The notes under the pieces are model-generated. The model did not search any database and was not told the DNA's origin. It was given only the letters and a program-made list of their open reading frames with translations. Below are positions 61,762-64,000 of a DNA stretch of 64,000 nt, piece after piece. The stretch covers positions 4,064,001 through 4,128,000 of the forward strand of contig OZ242351.1 in NCBI GenBank assembly GCA_965208675.1, in the 5' to 3' direction. A program made the position numbers and the translations under genes. Numbering within the stretch: position 1 is the stretch's first letter; every line of letters begins with the position of its first letter. The stretch comes from Candidatus Poribacteria bacterium (GTDB taxonomy: Bacteria > Poribacteria > WGA-4E > PCPOR2b).

Positions 61762-62691
61762 GTGTTTCGAGAGACTATCGGTCAATTCATTCCTGAACAG
61801 CGACCGACGCTGTATGTACCAAAAAACAAGGGGCTGAACGAATATGTGATTAATCTTCTCAGAGAAATTGGCGTCAGCGATGCAGGTGGGTTCAATCGGA
61901 CGGATCAGACCAAAGGCGCCATCGACATTGTGTCAGCCCGCGGAGAAGATGTACCCCAACGTGTCGATGATTGCATCCGACGTGGAGAAATCGCCTATGG
62001 CCTCACCGGAGACGATCTGTTTGACGAATATATGTTAGGCGCAAGTAATTCCCCACTTCGAGTCCTAAATACGTATGACTGGTTCGATTCGAGTGCTCAG
62101 TTTAATCGGCCTGCCTTGTGCCTGTTGAATCGCGAAGGATTAATTCCTAATTCTTCGCCGCCTGTGTCCATTGCCGTAAACAGGAAATATGAACGCTCAT
62201 CTTGCTTATACCTGTCGCAGCGGCTAAAATCAAGAGGAATTCAGTTCAGTGTTGCCGCATATGCTGGCGACACTGAGAACACTGTGGTAGAAGGTACTCA
62301 CGACTGGTGTGTTGAGGTCGTGTATCGCGGCGATAAATCACCAGATAGCGCGATGTCTAGAGCAGGTCTCAAAGTAGCCGAAGTTGTGCGGTTTAGCGAT
62401 ATCTCGTTGATTGGACGGAAAATCATCAATCCATGGGAGGAGGAGTACCGTAGAATTACCTCGGTTGCTGAGAACCCAACGGGTTCGTCTACTTCAAAGC
62501 TTTTAAGGGACAAAAATGAGGTTTGTAAGAAATTAGGTGAGGAATCCGCCGAGTTTGTGAGAGCATTTACGCAGGAGGCGGGAATGCCCGAAGAGTTTAA
62601 CGATGTCGTGTATGCGTTGATGGTTGCAGCAGCAAAACTACAAATTCCCTGGGCAGAAATTGAGGCGGACCTGAAATCTAGATGGAAATAA
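61762..62691 (+). CDS. Divergent ATP phosphoribosyltransferase-like (HisG) domain fused to phosphoribosyl-ATP pyrophosphatase (HisE)
   Basis: N-part: VPK, RGEDVP, GLTGDDLFDE, KY, GDTE…VEVV. C-part: GSSTSKL…KKLGEESAE…EFNDVVY.LMV…L.SR. Confidence 0.72.
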   Translation: MFRETIGQFIPEQRPTLYVPKNKGLNEYVINLLREIGVSDAGGFNRTDQTKGAIDIVSARGEDVPQRVDDCIRRGEIAYGLTGDDLFDEYMLGASNSPLRVLNTYDWFDSSAQFNRPALCLLNREGLIPNSSPPVSIAVNRKYERSSCLYLSQRLKSRGIQFSVAAYAGDTENTVVEGTHDWCVEVVYRGDKSPDSAMSRAGLKVAEVVRFSDISLIGRKIINPWEEEYRRITSVAENPTGSSTSKLLRDKNEVCKKLGEESAEFVRAFTQEAGMPEEFNDVVYALMVAAAKLQIPWAEIEADLKSRWK

Positions 62692-62903
62692 GCTGTTTGT
62701 CTATTGATTGTAACAGGAAAATACATTGTGCTGTCAGAGTTTAGCAATATCGTGCCTTGGTCTTCAGCGGCGTCTCAACTCACATCAATTGCCTCAGCGG
62801 GCGGGGCAGGTTGACTCACCTACGATGCGTTGCAAGCCGTTGTCCATCTTCGTGAAATACGTACAGCGACTGTCATTAGAGACGGTCAATCGTAAGGAGA
62901 AAT

Positions 62904-63275
62904 ATGGAATTAGGTGCATTTTCAGTAAGTCTGAATGTCAAAGATATTCAAATTTCAAAGTCTTTCTATGAGAATCTTGGATTTCAGGTTTTTGGCGGCG
63001 ATGTATCCCAGAATTGGCTGATTATGAAAAATCGTAGTTGCACAATTGGGTTGTTTCAAGGAATGTTCGATAAGAACATTCTCACATTCAATCCCGGTTG
63101 GGATGAAAACGCCTCTGAACTAGATTCATTTACTGACGTAAGGGAGCTCCAACGGCAGCTTAAGGCAAATGGCATCAAAGTGGAGACTGAAGCAGATGAA
63201 GAAACTTCAGGCCCGGCAAGTTTTGTTGTGGTTGATCCGGACGGCAACCCCATTCTTGTTGATCAACATGTGTAG
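62904..63275 (+). CDS. VOC/glyoxalase family protein
   Basis: LNVKDI..SKSFYE.LGF…DPDGNPIL; AAGGAG SD. Confidence 0.9.
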   Translation: MELGAFSVSLNVKDIQISKSFYENLGFQVFGGDVSQNWLIMKNRSCTIGLFQGMFDKNILTFNPGWDENASELDSFTDVRELQRQLKANGIKVETEADEETSGPASFVVVDPDGNPILVDQHV

Positions 63276-63353
63276 GCCTTTGATAGACCCTCTGTTTTGT
63301 GTCATAAATGTGAATTGTAAACGACATGAGTCAGTGGGCAGGAGAATCCGACG

Positions 63354-63947
63354 GTGTACGATACACAAACCGTGATAACAGAGCCAGATGTCACGATACG
63401 TCCATTGCGGCTTAGCGACGCCGACGCAGTCCAGCGTTACGCTTCGGATGAGCGTGTAGCCGGTACGACGACTATCCCCGAACCCTATCCCGAAGATGGG
63501 GGTGAAACATTTGTCAAGCAGGCAATGGAATCGCACGCAAATGAGGAAGCGTTCTACTTTGGCATCCTTGCTGACGGCGAACTGATTGGAGCCATTGACC
63601 TTCGTTCAATTGAAAGCGAAAAGCGTACCGTCGAATGTGGTTATGCGATTGCCGCCTCCCACTGGGGCAAGGGAATTGCCACCAAAGCCGTTGCACTCGC
63701 ACTCCGCAACGCATTTTGCGAACTCAGAGTGGATATTGTTTATGCACACTGCTTGAAGCGAAACCCCGCATCCGCGCGTGTACTCAAAAAGAATGGTTTT
63801 CGGGAAACCGGGGATTTTGCGTCTAATTTACCCAAGTTCAAGGATGAGCCATCTCGCGCATTTCAACTGACAAAGCAGGAGTGGCTCGCCAATCATTCGG
63901 CTTCGCCCGTCCAGAGACAGCAAGAAGAATTCCTCAACAACAGCTAA
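63354..63947 (+). CDS. RimJ/RimL-type GNAT acetyltransferase
   Basis: IRPL…D, GY.I…HWGKGIAT.A, N.ASARVL.K.GF. Confidence 0.9.
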   Translation: MYDTQTVITEPDVTIRPLRLSDADAVQRYASDERVAGTTTIPEPYPEDGGETFVKQAMESHANEEAFYFGILADGELIGAIDLRSIESEKRTVECGYAIAASHWGKGIATKAVALALRNAFCELRVDIVYAHCLKRNPASARVLKKNGFRETGDFASNLPKFKDEPSRAFQLTKQEWLANHSASPVQRQQEEFLNNS

Positions 63948-64000
63948 CACCATGTTTTCACTCCGACCGCGCGGTTACAATTGCAGTTCGGATTGCCGAC

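Noticed and set aside
62692-64000. VOC and GNAT genes as integron cassettes
   Set aside because: No recognisable attC palindromes between them; the window ends too soon to assess the last spacer.
1-64000. CRISPR array, rRNA, tRNA, transposase or integrase
   Set aside because: No regularly spaced short repeats, RNA-gene signatures or recombinase motifs were recognised by eye; a covariance-model search would be needed to exclude small RNAs.

Overview
Bacterial chromosomal window. The lineage is probably Candidatus Poribacteria, inferred from the 'NYPNPFNPETW...YWDGRN...GTYFY' C-terminal domain on the 5'-nucleotidase, a PhyH dioxygenase and a membrane-fused ECF sigma factor. The first ~28.5 kb is mostly housekeeping: yidC-jag-mnmE, RluB-like synthase, pdxJ, thrC, ispG, an ECF/anti-sigma/TPR/LecA-like cluster, and rpoBC under its own consensus promoter. 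It also hides two exported UxxC selenoproteins that the ORF track splits at in-frame UGA codons, each followed by a SECIS-like hairpin, and a PAP2 pseudogene. From 28.7 kb the region is accessory. (1) A two-gene cassette of an SNF2 helicase and a sacsin-like GHKL ATPase with an HNH-like tail is bracketed by ~196-bp direct repeats; it is the best candidate for an undescribed defence or mobile module. (2) A YtrA-type GntR-ABC operon carries a tandemly duplicated permease + large membrane protein module, with copy 2 interrupted by an in-frame TAG. (3) S66 and SprT peptidases, a 5'-nucleotidase and an ECF-TM-beta-propeller fusion follow. (4) Three paralogous membrane genes head a DUF4129-DUF4350-MoxR-DUF58 locus. 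(5) A HisG-HisE fusion sits near the end. No tRNA, rRNA, CRISPR array, integrase or transposase was recognised. All family calls come from reading motifs by eye; no database search was run.
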